DNA from: an uncultured Bacteriovoracaceae bacterium
Lineage (GTDB): Bacteria; Bdellovibrionota; Bacteriovoracia; Bacteriovoracales; Bacteriovoracaceae
Assembly: GCA_964012805.1 (NCBI GenBank)
Contig: CAXGUD010000012.1
Location: 32,001-96,000 of the forward strand
Length of the DNA stretch: 64,000 nt
Reading direction: 5' to 3'
A model generated the notes under the pieces. It was not told the origin of the DNA and did no database searches. It was given only the letters and a program-made list of their open reading frames with translations. Within the stretch, counting starts at the first letter, position 1. Every line of letters starts with the position of its first letter. Shown one piece after another: positions 10,172 through 20,844 of the stretch. The position numbers and the translations under genes were made by a program.

Positions 10172-10891
10172 TTAATCTCTTCTCCTGCCAAAGAGTTTTA
10201 AAAGATACAAAAATAAATTGATGAAATCCAAGTAGAGGGTTAGAGCACCAAAAATAGTCTCTTTGTGGTCCTCTTCTGAACCTTCATTACCAATAATATT
10301 TGATTCTTTTATTTTTTGTGTATCATAGGCAGTGAGTCCGGAAAAAATTCCAACTCCAATGATCGATACGACTATATCCATTGTTCCTCCTATGAGAGAA
10401 GGAAAAAACCAACTAAGAACATAAAACCCGATAATTCCCCATAGACCCATATGGCAAAAGGTTCCGACAGGGCCGAGGTCTTTCTTAGTGACATAGCCAA
10501 ATAGAGATAAACCGGCAAAACAAAAGGAGGTAATGAAGAAGACTTCTTGGACAGACTCTTGTGTATAAATTAAAAAGACCACAGAAAGAGTGAGCCCAGT
10601 AAAAAAGGCATAGAGTAAATAAACAAGTGTTGCCATGAATGCATTTATTCGTTCTATCATAGCGCTAAGAAAAATGACTGCTCCAACCTGCGCCAGAATA
10701 AGGCCTATAGATACAAATGGATTAGTTGCAATGACCATGACAATTTGCTGTTTGAGAGAAACGTAATAACTTGTAGCACCTGTAAGTAAAATGCCAAAAG
10801 TCATCCATTTATAAACACCGGCCATAAAGCGCGCATTTTCTTCTTTTATTGCCGTTTCACTTTTAGTTATGTATTGACTTTGAGAATTCAA
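10172..10891 (-). CDS. Bax inhibitor-1/YccA/YbhL family membrane protein
   Basis: LTAYDTQKIK and GALTLYLDFINLFLYLL signatures. Confidence 0.92.
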   Translation of the reverse strand: MNSQSQYITKSETAIKEENARFMAGVYKWMTFGILLTGATSYYVSLKQQIVMVIATNPFVSIGLILAQVGAVIFLSAMIERINAFMATLVYLLYAFFTGLTLSVVFLIYTQESVQEVFFITSFCFAGLSLFGYVTKKDLGPVGTFCHMGLWGIIGFYVLSWFFPSLIGGTMDIVVSIIGVGIFSGLTAYDTQKIKESNIIGNEGSEEDHKETIFGALTLYLDFINLFLYLLKLFGRRRD

Positions 10892-11207
10892 ATTAATTCC
10901 TTATTAAAAAATGCAAGACTTCTAAATACATATTTCATTCGTTATAAAAATATCGACTAATCAGATTGTTTAATTAGATTATATTATTAGAGATATTTGC
11001 TTTAATTTTTTTTGTCTATTATAAAGATAATAATAAGTATTAAAACTAAGATTTTTAGTTAGATATTAATGAAAAAAAATTAATAACTTCCAACAACATT
11101 CTAAAAGTATAGCGGATAATTTTTCCCTTTTTGTTCCTTTTATTATTATTAATCTACTTATTTTTTTATTTTACGAAATACTACCAACACCAATTTAAAG
11201 AAAAAAT

Positions 11208-13919
11208 ATGAAACGTTTTCTTCAAATATTTTTTATCTTTTTTCCTGCAATTATTTTTGCAGAAGCTCCTCCCGTTGTAATGGAGAAGGGGAAAAATTTC
11301 TATCAGCTAGGCCTTCATTTAGATCTATATGAAGATAAGACTGGAAAGTTAACAATTAAAGATATTATTAAGCCTGAATTATTATCCAAGTTTGAGACTA
11401 GTAAGCAAAAGGTTCCTAACTTTGGTTTTACCAAATCTCATTTTTGGGCTAGGTTAAAAATTACAAATCCACAAAAAGTAAAAGGTGATTGGTATTTAAG
11501 TTTTAACTATGTTTTGCAAGATCGAGTTTCATTTTACAAAAAAGAAAATAATGATTGGATTGCCGAAAATATGGGGGATGAATTAAAGTTTTCAAGCAGA
11601 AAAGTAAAGGTGAGGCCTTTTGTCTTACAGGTGAATACAGAAAAGGATCAAGTCTATTTTGTAAAAATCAATGGAGGGCTAAACCAAATAAACCTGACAC
11701 TTGTTTCACAAAAACAAATGTTAATGAAAGAGGGCGAGGACAATCAGGTTTATGGAATATTTTTTGGAATCATCGTCTCAATGGTTCTTTATAACCTTTT
11801 TATTCTCTTTTCGACAAAAAGCTACAGTTACTTATTTTATGTCGTTTATGTTTTCTGCTATGGTTTATTTTTAGCGGGTTATCAGGGGTTCACTCAAAAA
11901 TACCTGTTTTATAACTATCCTTGGTTTAGCAATAATGGACTAAGTTTTATAATGGGCTTTTCTGAGTTGTTTCTTACCCTTTTCACGATGGCCTATTTAA
12001 ATATTCCTGAAAAGAATAAAAGATTAAATTGGCTTTTCAGAATGAGTGCTCTAGGAGGAATCGTTGTTATTCTGTCTAGTCTTATTAACCCTTATGCGGT
12101 CAATGTAAAATTGTTCTTTTTAAATGCAGCGGTTATTTCTTTCCTTGCTTACGGAACTGCCATATATAAGTGGGTTAAAGGTTATAGACCTGCAAGGTAT
12201 TTTACCTTGGCTTTTTCTTTTATGATTATAGGTAGCATGATCACGAACCTGGCCGTTGCCAATGTTCTTCCAAATCTTGCGCTTTTCAGGCAATCAGTTA
12301 TTATTGGAACGGCATTGCAACTTATCTTTCTCTCCATGGGATTAGCCGACCGTTTTAACCTTATTCAGGAAGAGGCCAAGAAGCTTCAAGAAAATTATGC
12401 GAAAGAATTGGAAAAAGAAGTTACAGAAAAAACCAAGCAAGTTGTTATGGAAAAAGAAAGAGCAGAGGCTTCAGAAAGAGAAGTTTCAGGTCTTCTTCAT
12501 AACATGAGGCAGTCTGTTTTTAGTGTTAATAAAGATTGTGAAATCATTCCACCAGTCTCCGAATACAGTTTAGAGTTATTTGGAAAACAAATCGTAAAAG
12601 AAAGTATCCATGACACTCTTTTTAAGGACCTAGATAAGGATGGTGAAGTTTTTTTTAAAGCTCGCTTTGCTTTGGCCGTTTCAATTGATGAAGACTTGTA
12701 TCAATATGACGCTCTTGCAGAGGACCTACCTAGTAAGATTTATATGAAAGATAAGAAAGGTGAAAATAGATCTCTTAAGATTAATTACTCACCAATTGTG
12801 GATAAAGAGGACATTGTTCAAAAAATTATGATGGTTGTTGAAGATGTTACTGAGTTAGAAAATTTAGAGAGAGAAGCTAAAGAAACCAGGGAACAATCGG
12901 CCAAAAAGATTACGAGGCTTCAAGAAATTGTTTCTAATGGAAAAAAGGAAATCCAGCTCTTTACGAGAGGAGCCCTTCTCAACCTTGATAATGCAAAAGA
13001 GTCAATAGAAACAACTGATTTAGATAAGTTGTTCAGGGCCGCCCATACGATAAAAGGTAATGCAAGAATTCATAATCTGGCAGGGCTATCTTCCGAAGTT
13101 CACGTTTTAGAAAATGAAATAGATAATATGAGAGGTTTAGAGGAAGGTACAAAAATTGAAAAAAGCAAATTGAATTCAATATATAAAAGTCTAAAAGCAT
13201 CCGTTGATGATTACCTTGAGTTATCTAAAGAAATTTTTGGTCAAGATGTTGATGAATCAGTAGTAACAACAGATCTTGATGACATGATTATTTCGAAGTC
13301 TCTTTTTACATCGAGCCTTGAAGAATTAAAAGAAATTAATAAAGAAATTGATAACAAAAAGATCCTTGATATATTAGTCAAACTAGAGCGGGAAGAGTTT
13401 AAAAAGTACCTCACTATTCTTCAAAAAAACGTTAATAATATTTCAATAAATTTAATTAAAGATATTGAATTGGAGATTAGTGGTGATGATGTATATTTGG
13501 ACCTTAATACAGCTTCAATGATAAAAGATGCTATCTTGCATATTATTCAAAATTCAGCTGAGCATGGAATAGAAAAAGAAGGTCTTATTAAAATTGACCT
13601 ATCAGACTCCGATGGAAAAATTGGAATTACTGTTTCGGATAATGGTTCAGGAATAGATCCTGAAGTGATTTATAAAAAATCACTTGAAAAAGGCCTTATA
13701 AAACAAGAAGACTCCGGGAACTTGAACCTTGATGAGAAGCTGTATCTTATTTTCCTTCCAGGCTTTTCGACTAAAGAAGTAGCTACAGAATTTTCTGGAA
13801 GGGGAGTAGGTTTAGATGTCGTTAAAAATAATATCGAAAAATTAGAAGGTTCGGTAAAAATAGAGTCATCTTTAGGTAAAGGGACAACGTTTCACTTGTC
13901 CGTTCCTTTGAAATCTTGA
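11208..13919 (+). CDS. 7TM-DISM sensor fused to PAS-like, Hpt and CheA-type kinase domains (no CheW domain)
   Basis: DISMED2-like YEDKTGKLTI...PNFGFTKSHFW, 7TM, Hpt LFRAAHTIKGNA, N box HIIQNSAEHG, SDNGSG, FLPGFSTK, SGRGVGLDVV; the protein ends right after the kinase. Confidence 0.88.
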   Translation: MKRFLQIFFIFFPAIIFAEAPPVVMEKGKNFYQLGLHLDLYEDKTGKLTIKDIIKPELLSKFETSKQKVPNFGFTKSHFWARLKITNPQKVKGDWYLSFNYVLQDRVSFYKKENNDWIAENMGDELKFSSRKVKVRPFVLQVNTEKDQVYFVKINGGLNQINLTLVSQKQMLMKEGEDNQVYGIFFGIIVSMVLYNLFILFSTKSYSYLFYVVYVFCYGLFLAGYQGFTQKYLFYNYPWFSNNGLSFIMGFSELFLTLFTMAYLNIPEKNKRLNWLFRMSALGGIVVILSSLINPYAVNVKLFFLNAAVISFLAYGTAIYKWVKGYRPARYFTLAFSFMIIGSMITNLAVANVLPNLALFRQSVIIGTALQLIFLSMGLADRFNLIQEEAKKLQENYAKELEKEVTEKTKQVVMEKERAEASEREVSGLLHNMRQSVFSVNKDCEIIPPVSEYSLELFGKQIVKESIHDTLFKDLDKDGEVFFKARFALAVSIDEDLYQYDALAEDLPSKIYMKDKKGENRSLKINYSPIVDKEDIVQKIMMVVEDVTELENLEREAKETREQSAKKITRLQEIVSNGKKEIQLFTRGALLNLDNAKESIETTDLDKLFRAAHTIKGNARIHNLAGLSSEVHVLENEIDNMRGLEEGTKIEKSKLNSIYKSLKASVDDYLELSKEIFGQDVDESVVTTDLDDMIISKSLFTSSLEELKEINKEIDNKKILDILVKLEREEFKKYLTILQKNVNNISINLIKDIELEISGDDVYLDLNTASMIKDAILHIIQNSAEHGIEKEGLIKIDLSDSDGKIGITVSDNGSGIDPEVIYKKSLEKGLIKQEDSGNLNLDEKLYLIFLPGFSTKEVATEFSGRGVGLDVVKNNIEKLEGSVKIESSLGKGTTFHLSVPLKS

Positions 13920-13947
13920 GTAAATCTAGAAGACTCAAATGATTAAT

Positions 13948-14334
13948 TCAGTAAGTGCCTTTCAATTTTTCTAAAATTCTTTTGATTGTGGAGACTAGAA
14001 TTGCTGGTTTTACTGGTTTTGTAATCCAGGCCTTCACGACGCCTGTCTTTTTGGCCTCAACAGCCAATTTTGGATGAGATTCTGTTGTAACTAGAATAGT
14101 TGGAATTCTGCAAATTTTATCGTTTTTACTTTGTTCTTTGGCAAACTCAATACCATTCATGGCCGGCATGTTGATATCGAGTAAGATCATGTCGATTTCA
14201 GTCTGTTCTTTTAAAACCTCCAAAGCATCTAGCCCGTCCTCTGATTCCAGAACTTCAAAGCCGGCTCCCTCGAGTATTGCTCGAAGGCTTACTCTTACAG
14301 ATTCGGAATCATCTACTATTAGGACTCTTTGCAT
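13948..14334 (-). CDS. CheY-like single-domain response regulator
   Basis: VLIVDDS, LDINMP, ILVTTE and WITKP. GGAGG precedes the ATG at 14334. Convergent with the CheA-like kinase. Confidence 0.9.
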   Translation of the reverse strand: MQRVLIVDDSESVRVSLRAILEGAGFEVLESEDGLDALEVLKEQTEIDMILLDINMPAMNGIEFAKEQSKNDKICRIPTILVTTESHPKLAVEAKKTGVVKAWITKPVKPAILVSTIKRILEKLKGTY

Positions 14335-14524
14335 GGATCCTCCTAAAATGATCATAACACTAGAAAGATATAAAACAAGACAGGACGCTTTTGGTGATTA
14401 TTTTGCTCTCAATTTAAAGGTTGTCTTTATTACTTGGTCTTTATTGACTGTCTTCCAAACTGTAATTTATAAAAACGCTTTTAATCTTAATCATCAACAT
14501 AGCACGGGTGAGGCTATTTATTTT

Positions 14525-15169
14525 TTAGAGAGTATTATTTTCTTTGAGAAGGGCAAGTGAGTGGTTTGGACCTACACTTGTATTGTAGGCCATATGAATC
14601 CAAAAGAGGGCCAAATTCTCTAGGTGTTTTGCCTCAGCTAAATCACCAATATCAACACCTTGAAAACCTAATTTAGAAATTAATGAGAGGGTTCTTTGCT
14701 TGGCCATTAGGTTATCACCTGCTACTAACATGAGAGTTGTTCCATCTTCGTAGCGTGGATTTTTAATATTTCCTGCCCCTGTATGATTAAAGGCCTTAAT
14801 AACGAAGGCGTCTGGAAGAAGAGAAGATACTTTTTCTCCTCCTGAAAGTCCGTCTTGATGATGGAGACCTTTGAGGTTACTGGTGAGTGGGTTTGTACAA
14901 TCACAGATGATCTGCCCCTTTTTGTATTTCAGTTCCCTCAATGCCTCTGGGACGGTTGGCCACGGGACCGCTAAAAAAATAAAGTCGTGGTCAGGGCCAA
15001 TGTCTTTAACTTTTTGAAATGAGACGAACTCGCGATAAAGCTCTTTTAAGTCGTCGTATTTTGTGTCATTAGGACTTTTTACTCCAAAGGAAACGGGAAT
15101 TTTCTGTTTAAAAAACTTTTGGGCAAGGGCCCTACCGACGTTTCCAGCACCTAAAATAGCAACTCTCAT
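14525..15169 (-). CDS. NADPH-dependent F420 reductase-like (F420_oxidored) oxidoreductase
   Basis: GAGNVG Rossmann motif, LAVPW, DCTNP and VIKAFN. RBS precedes the ATG at 15169 (track start 15205). Confidence 0.85.
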   Translation of the reverse strand: MRVAILGAGNVGRALAQKFFKQKIPVSFGVKSPNDTKYDDLKELYREFVSFQKVKDIGPDHDFIFLAVPWPTVPEALRELKYKKGQIICDCTNPLTSNLKGLHHQDGLSGGEKVSSLLPDAFVIKAFNHTGAGNIKNPRYEDGTTLMLVAGDNLMAKQRTLSLISKLGFQGVDIGDLAEAKHLENLALFWIHMAYNTSVGPNHSLALLKENNTL

Positions 15170-15400
15170 ACCTTCCTCAGGTTTGTTTTTAAATAGAATG
15201 AACAACCGTAAAGTAAAAATAATGTGCCGTCAATAAAGGGAGAGAAAGAGTTTTCAGCTACGAGAGCACAACCAAATGCTCTAGATATTACAGAAGGGTA
15301 ATGATTTCCTTATTATGGCATTCTCATTGATTTGGTATTGTGCGTAATGTAGAAAAGGTTAATTAAGGGGAAAGTGCTTGATATATTCCGTGGAGATTAA

Positions 15401-16597
15401 GTGGAAAAAGACCTTCTAGAGAAAAATATTTCAAAAATCTACTTACTTAAATTCTTCTCTATGTTTCTTATTTTAATGCCTGTTATTGTGCCTTTTTTTA
15501 ACTCTCTTGGGATTGGAATGAAGGGAGTATACCTTATCCAGTGCATTTTTGCTGTTACCGTTTTTATTTTTGAAGTCCCCTCAGGTTATATTGCGGACAT
15601 ACTCGGGAGGAAAAAGACCTTAATGACAGCTTTCTTTTTATCTGCTTTGGGTTTTAGCCTTTTCCCGTTTGCTCAAAATTTAACTCATTTGATTTTAGCA
15701 GAAATCATTTTGGGTTTGGGGCTTTCTCTTAGTTCGGGAACGGATACAGCACTACTCTATGATACCTTAGAGGCCCTTAAATCTAAAAAGGCTTATGTAA
15801 AAGTTTTGGGAAAGAGTCTGGCCTTTTTGTCTATGGGAGAAGGCTTTGCTTCTCTTATTTCAAGTCTATTAATATATTTATCATTCACCACTCGGGATCT
15901 GGCCGTTGCGTCTGCAATTTGCAGTTGGATACCCTTTTTTATAACATTCTTCCTTTTTGAGCCGTCGAGGCAAAAGATGGCAAATGAGCATAAGGAAAAT
16001 TTTAAGTACATTTTTAAGGAGTTATTTAAACAATCCAAGCTTTTAAGACTAATTGTTTTTAATATTGTTTTTTCTTTTTCAGGGACTCTTTTTGCTGTCT
16101 GGATGTTTCAAAAGTATTGGGCGAATCTGGGGATACCTCTTTTTTATTTTGGTCTTTTATGGGCCTTAACGAATTTTACTGTTTCTCTTTCTGGTCGCTA
16201 TGCTCACAAGCTTGAAAAGTGGTGGGGAAGTGCTTGGGTTGTAGCATTTATTGGAGTACTTCCTGTTGCTGGTTATTTTGGAATTTCTTTTGTTGAACAT
16301 ACTGTTGGGGTTTTAGTCTGCTTGTTGTTTCAAGTATGTAGAGGTGTTGGCCAGGTGATTTTAAAAGATGCTCTCAACAAAAGAGTGACTGGCGATTTTA
16401 GGGCTACAGCTAATAGCATTGCTCAGATGGGAGCAAGGGTATTCTTTACTATTTTGGGCCCATTTTTAGGTTTTTATATTGATACATTTGGTCTTTCGTC
16501 AGGGGCTTTTTCCATGGGTGTTCTTTATAGTTTCATTTTCATCTTTGCCATTATCCCACTTATTCGCCAAAGAAAAGACTTCATACAGTTTTCCTAA
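15401..16597 (+). CDS. MFS transporter
   Basis: FEVPSGYIADILGRKK (motif A), SGTDTALLYD, about 12 TM. Confidence 0.9.
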   Translation: MEKDLLEKNISKIYLLKFFSMFLILMPVIVPFFNSLGIGMKGVYLIQCIFAVTVFIFEVPSGYIADILGRKKTLMTAFFLSALGFSLFPFAQNLTHLILAEIILGLGLSLSSGTDTALLYDTLEALKSKKAYVKVLGKSLAFLSMGEGFASLISSLLIYLSFTTRDLAVASAICSWIPFFITFFLFEPSRQKMANEHKENFKYIFKELFKQSKLLRLIVFNIVFSFSGTLFAVWMFQKYWANLGIPLFYFGLLWALTNFTVSLSGRYAHKLEKWWGSAWVVAFIGVLPVAGYFGISFVEHTVGVLVCLLFQVCRGVGQVILKDALNKRVTGDFRATANSIAQMGARVFFTILGPFLGFYIDTFGLSSGAFSMGVLYSFIFIFAIIPLIRQRKDFIQFS

Positions 16598-16696
16598 CAA
16601 TTCTGTTTCGAGTTGAGCTTTTTAAAAAAGTAAAATGGTTGTTTTTTTGTAATGACTATTGAATCAATGTTTGCATTGATTATAATTTAAAAAAAT

Positions 16697-17012
16697 ATGG
16701 CTAAAAAAATGCAAATGAGCAATATACTTGAAGAGGAAATGCAGTCTAAAATAAATCAAGCTGAAGGAAAGGCAGAAGAAATTTTAACAATTTCAAAAGC
16801 TACAGCTGAGTTTATTATGAAGGTAGGATGACTTGAGCCAGTAAGGTGGTGAGAAGCCCATTAAAATACTGCTTTCCCAGCAATATTTGTCTAAATTGAC
16901 CAAACTTGCTTATGGAGAAAAAAAGGTGATTCTTCCCGTTAAGATTTCAGATTTTGATTCACTTTTATTAAATATCGGTCTTGATTGGAGAAAAGAAGAT
17001 TTCAAGCTTTAG
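16697..17012 (+). pseudogene. Remnant of the C-terminal part of an SPFH/band-7 (paraslipin/QmcA-like) gene
   Basis: Reads MQSKINQAEGKAEEILTISKATAEFIMKVG* and then, after a frameshift, LSQ*GGEKPIKILLSQQYLSKLTKLA...VILPVKISDFD, which fits the stomatin-like C-terminal pattern. Internal stops; SPFH core absent. Confidence 0.65.
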
Positions 17013-17038
17013 TATGGAAACCATTTCATGGAGAAGAT

Positions 17039-17692
17039 ATGGCCTATAGAACGGATAACATCCCTTTACTTATAAAACCGCTTTACTTTGCTATATCTTA
17101 TATTCTGGCAATTATTGTATTTGTCTTTTTTATCTTTCCTCTGAGACTCACATTAAGAATTGATTTTCAGGGTAAAGAGAACCTCAATAAGAAACCTTTT
17201 ATTGGATGTATCTGGCATCAAGATTTGGGGCCAGTTTTTACTTCATTAAAAAAATTTGGTGTCAACCAAATTTGGATGAACTATCCTGTTTGGTATATGA
17301 AACCTATCCATTTTCTTCTGAACTTTATTGGAATCAAAGAACTCGTATTGGGCTCTTCTGGCCACAATGGAAAAGAAGCTGCAAGTAAATTATGTAGGCT
17401 TTTAAAAGAGAAAAATGCTTCCACAATAGTTGCCGTGGATGGTCCCCTCGGTCCTTCTAAAGTTTTAAAAAAAGGGGTCCTTTACATGGCACTCGAGACA
17501 GGCTTTCCTATTATACCTTTAACATTTGAACTCTCACCATGTTTTATTCTAAGGCCTAGTTGGGATGGAAAAAAGATGACCGTTCCTTTTGGGCGGATGA
17601 AAATTATTTGTCATGAATCACTTTATGTAACTGAAGACAATTTTAAAGAAAGATCAATACAATTGGAAAATGCATTGAATAGAGTTCCTTAG
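17039..17692 (+). CDS. DUF374 / lysophospholipid acyltransferase-like protein
   Basis: WHQD, VDGPLGP, KKGVLYMALETGFPIIP and SWD...PFGR motifs. RBS precedes the ATG at 17039 (track start 16985). Confidence 0.85.
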   Translation: MAYRTDNIPLLIKPLYFAISYILAIIVFVFFIFPLRLTLRIDFQGKENLNKKPFIGCIWHQDLGPVFTSLKKFGVNQIWMNYPVWYMKPIHFLLNFIGIKELVLGSSGHNGKEAASKLCRLLKEKNASTIVAVDGPLGPSKVLKKGVLYMALETGFPIIPLTFELSPCFILRPSWDGKKMTVPFGRMKIICHESLYVTEDNFKERSIQLENALNRVP

Positions 17693-17963
17693 ATTCTTCT
17701 TTTTCATTATTTTCCCTTTAGAAAGTTATTTAGAATCACCGTGACAAAATTTTCAATTATAAATTTCCTTTGCGCCATGTCCATGGCTACTTTTATTTGA
17801 TCTCTTTTTTCATGGCCGATAAAGCTTTTATAAATCTCTTCAGCGACTTTTTTGTCCAATGCTTTTTTTATCAGGACTATTGGTAATAATAATTTTAATT
17901 TTATTATTTTCTTCGTTAATAATATTCAGGAAGAATTCCAATACGTTTGTAATCTAATTTAAT

Positions 17964-18956
17964 TTATTTCTCTAAAATAAAATAATTCCACACTGCTTTG
18001 AAAGTATCTTTATTTGAAAAAGTTTTTTCCATACCTTCTCGTATAAGAGTTAATCTATCTTCTATGCATTTTTGGTCACAATTTTTACCTGTAACTTTTT
18101 TGGATCCACCAACCCATCCTATAACACCTTCATGGTAGACATTTATAAATTCGTACCAATCGTTAACAGTTGCTTCAATGGGGTGGTACTCACTAGAAAC
18201 TTCTTTAAGTCCTACTTCTTTAAAAATATCTTTGTAAAAATCAATAGATCTTACAGGAAGAAAATACTTTTCCCTCAATTTATCATGAGCATTCATATAA
18301 TTTTTATCTTCCAAAGACAAACGATATTTTGAAAAACGCTTATCTGTTGAAACAATTTCTAAAACAGCTTCATTAATTTTAAGAACGCTTTCATCTATAA
18401 TCCATCCTTCTTTTGCTGCCTCAGGGTTATTTATATTCCCAGATTGAATATAGATACGACCTCCAGGTCTGAGGATTTTTTTCCATGATTCGAGTGTTTC
18501 TTTTAGGTTATAGTAGAGGTGTATGGCATTAGTGGAAGAAATAATATCGATTCCTTTTTTATAAAAGTCTTCTTCTATTACTTCATGAAGGTATTCGAGT
18601 CTTTTTTCTTCTTTTTTGAAGTTTATAAGTCTATAAGCAACTCTAGGATCAGATTTAAGCTTTTCAATGGCCAGCCTTAAAAATTTTGGAGAGGAATCTA
18701 CAATCAAAATACCTAAATCAGAGCTTTTTCCAAGGTTACGTAACAATCTGTTTGCAAGAATTCCTGTACCACCAGAGTAATCTAAAAGTATATCTCCTCT
18801 TTTTATATCCCTACTGATTTGGTCTACGGTGTTATCCAAATTCCTGTACCATCCGTGGTTTTCAACCGTATCATATTTTAAGGCCAAGCTTTCTAAAGGG
18901 GCTCTCACCCACTCTTGTTCTGGAATAGTTTTAAAGTTTTTTGGCCACGGTAACAC
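17964..18956 (-). CDS. Class I SAM-dependent methyltransferase
   Basis: LLDYSGGTG (motif I), VDSSPKFL, NAIHL and ILRPGG. Confidence 0.85.
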   Translation of the reverse strand: MLPWPKNFKTIPEQEWVRAPLESLALKYDTVENHGWYRNLDNTVDQISRDIKRGDILLDYSGGTGILANRLLRNLGKSSDLGILIVDSSPKFLRLAIEKLKSDPRVAYRLINFKKEEKRLEYLHEVIEEDFYKKGIDIISSTNAIHLYYNLKETLESWKKILRPGGRIYIQSGNINNPEAAKEGWIIDESVLKINEAVLEIVSTDKRFSKYRLSLEDKNYMNAHDKLREKYFLPVRSIDFYKDIFKEVGLKEVSSEYHPIEATVNDWYEFINVYHEGVIGWVGGSKKVTGKNCDQKCIEDRLTLIREGMEKTFSNKDTFKAVWNYFILEK

Positions 18957-19198
18957 ATTAGCTCCTTAGGAAAGAATTAACCTTTGAAAGATTTACACTG
19001 TTGTTTTTAGTTTTCATAATTATAGTTCATTTTGGTGCCGTTTTGATCCTCTTTTTTAATTTTTTAAATCAAAAATACTAATTTACCAGACATTTTTTAT
19101 TAGAAAAATAAAGGTGAAAAATCATTTTTCATTGATATATTCCCTCGAAAGAAGGTATTCTAAATGATTTTTGATACCTTCCCCTAAAGGAGGTATAT

Positions 19199-20761
19199 AT
19201 GAAAAAGTTTAAACCACTACCATTTTTTCTTCTCTCAACCTCTATGTTATTTTTGTCCTGTGGTAAATATGATCTAGAATTCAGAGGGCCACAATTTTCG
19301 AATTCAAAATTTATGACAAATGTAAGTAATCTAAAGTTGAAAAAGGACTTTAGGGGCGTTTATCGTACTTTTGATGGAGAGGAAGAAGATAATTTTTTAA
19401 AAGGATGGCAGCATTGGGATAATGATAGGTTTAATAAAGTTCACATACCAAGTTCTAATATTGAAATTGCTAAAAAAAACCTAGATGTTGAAAATATGAA
19501 TGAAGTAATCGTAGCGGTCATTGACAGTGGCGTTGATGTTTATCACCCCTCTTTTAAAGGAAGAATTTGGGAAAATGAAAATGAAATACCTTATGACGGA
19601 ATTGATAATGATGGAAATGGATATATAGATGATATTTATGGTTGGAACTTTTTGGGAGAGGTCGAAAAAGAAAACTTTGAACTTACAAGAAAATATAGAA
19701 GGTGTGGAAACAACAATTTATTAGAAGGGGAAAGTAGGGAAGATTGCTATAGAGTTGAAAAGGAGTTTAGAAAAAAACGTAAAAAAGCCTATCAAAACCT
19801 GAATTATGTATCAAAGTATTCTAATTATTTTGGGAAAGAAGCCTATAATCATTACTATAACCAAGTTAACTTCTATTTAAATCCTGAATATAATCCAAGA
19901 GAGGAGTCTATAAACGGAGTACTTTATGATGAAGAATGGGGAAATAGTAATATTTTACCCAGGGATAATAGCGAAAGTCATGGTACCCACGTAGCCGGTA
20001 TAATTGCAGGAAGAAAGCATGGAGAAATTTCAATTGGAGTTAATCCTTATGCAAAGATCATGGCATTAAGAGTCGTACCTGAAGGTGATGAAAGGGCAAG
20101 TGATGTTTCAAGGGCCGTCATTTATGCAGTAGAAAATGGTGCAAGAGTTATTAATATGAGTTTTGGAAATTATGAGAATACAGGACAAGCAGAACTTTTA
20201 GAGGCCTTTGAATATGCCGCCGAAAAAGGAGTCCTTATTGTTCATGCAGCAGGAAATGATTCACTTAATATAAATAAAATTATTCATTCTCCAAGCCGAA
20301 AGGGAGGTAGTAAAAAATTACTTGATTCCTGGATCGAAGTCGGAAGTAGCACTTCAACTATTTATTTCAATAAAAGAAATCAAAAATACTATGTAAATTC
20401 TTCCTTACTGCCTTCCTCTTTCTCAAATTATGGAAATCAATACGTTGATCTTTTTGCACCTGGAAGTCAAATTTTTGCTCCAGTTCCTGCCGGAAAATAT
20501 GCTTCAATGAGTGGAACAAGTATGGCCGCACCATTAGTTTCTGGAGTTGCTTCTCTTTTGCTCTCCTACAAACCAGAATTAAATGCTGCCGATTTAAAGG
20601 AAATTCTTTTAAAATCATCTAGAATAGAATCATATGATGTTTACCTTCCTAATCAAAGTAAAGGTAGTGATAGTGAGAGAGTTTCATTTTCTTCTTTAAG
20701 TAAAAAGGGCTCTGTTTTAGATGCCTATAGTGCTTTAGGGTATATAAAAGAAAGATATTAA
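19199..20761 (+). CDS. S8 subtilisin-family serine protease, lipoprotein
   Basis: VAVIDSG, HGTHVAG, AAGN, SGTSMAAP, DNDGNGYIDD loop and lipobox FLSC. Confidence 0.95.
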   Translation: MKKFKPLPFFLLSTSMLFLSCGKYDLEFRGPQFSNSKFMTNVSNLKLKKDFRGVYRTFDGEEEDNFLKGWQHWDNDRFNKVHIPSSNIEIAKKNLDVENMNEVIVAVIDSGVDVYHPSFKGRIWENENEIPYDGIDNDGNGYIDDIYGWNFLGEVEKENFELTRKYRRCGNNNLLEGESREDCYRVEKEFRKKRKKAYQNLNYVSKYSNYFGKEAYNHYYNQVNFYLNPEYNPREESINGVLYDEEWGNSNILPRDNSESHGTHVAGIIAGRKHGEISIGVNPYAKIMALRVVPEGDERASDVSRAVIYAVENGARVINMSFGNYENTGQAELLEAFEYAAEKGVLIVHAAGNDSLNINKIIHSPSRKGGSKKLLDSWIEVGSSTSTIYFNKRNQKYYVNSSLLPSSFSNYGNQYVDLFAPGSQIFAPVPAGKYASMSGTSMAAPLVSGVASLLLSYKPELNAADLKEILLKSSRIESYDVYLPNQSKGSDSERVSFSSLSKKGSVLDAYSALGYIKERY

Positions 20762-20763
20762 TT

Positions 20764-20805
20764 CAAAAAAAGAGGGAGAAGGCATGGTCTTCTCCTTCTT
20801 TTTTG
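20764..20805. terminator. Bidirectional intrinsic terminator
   Basis: CAAAAAAAGAGGGAGAAGG-loop-TCTTCTCCTTCTTTTTTG between convergent genes. Confidence 0.75.
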
Positions 20806-20844
20806 AGTTCTTAGTAACAGATTAGGAAATTAAAATAAGAATCG

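Noticed and set aside
17707..17941. Minus-strand coding-like stretch with a possible frameshift in an A7 run
   Set aside because: Short and unrecognisable; cannot be distinguished from a decayed fragment.
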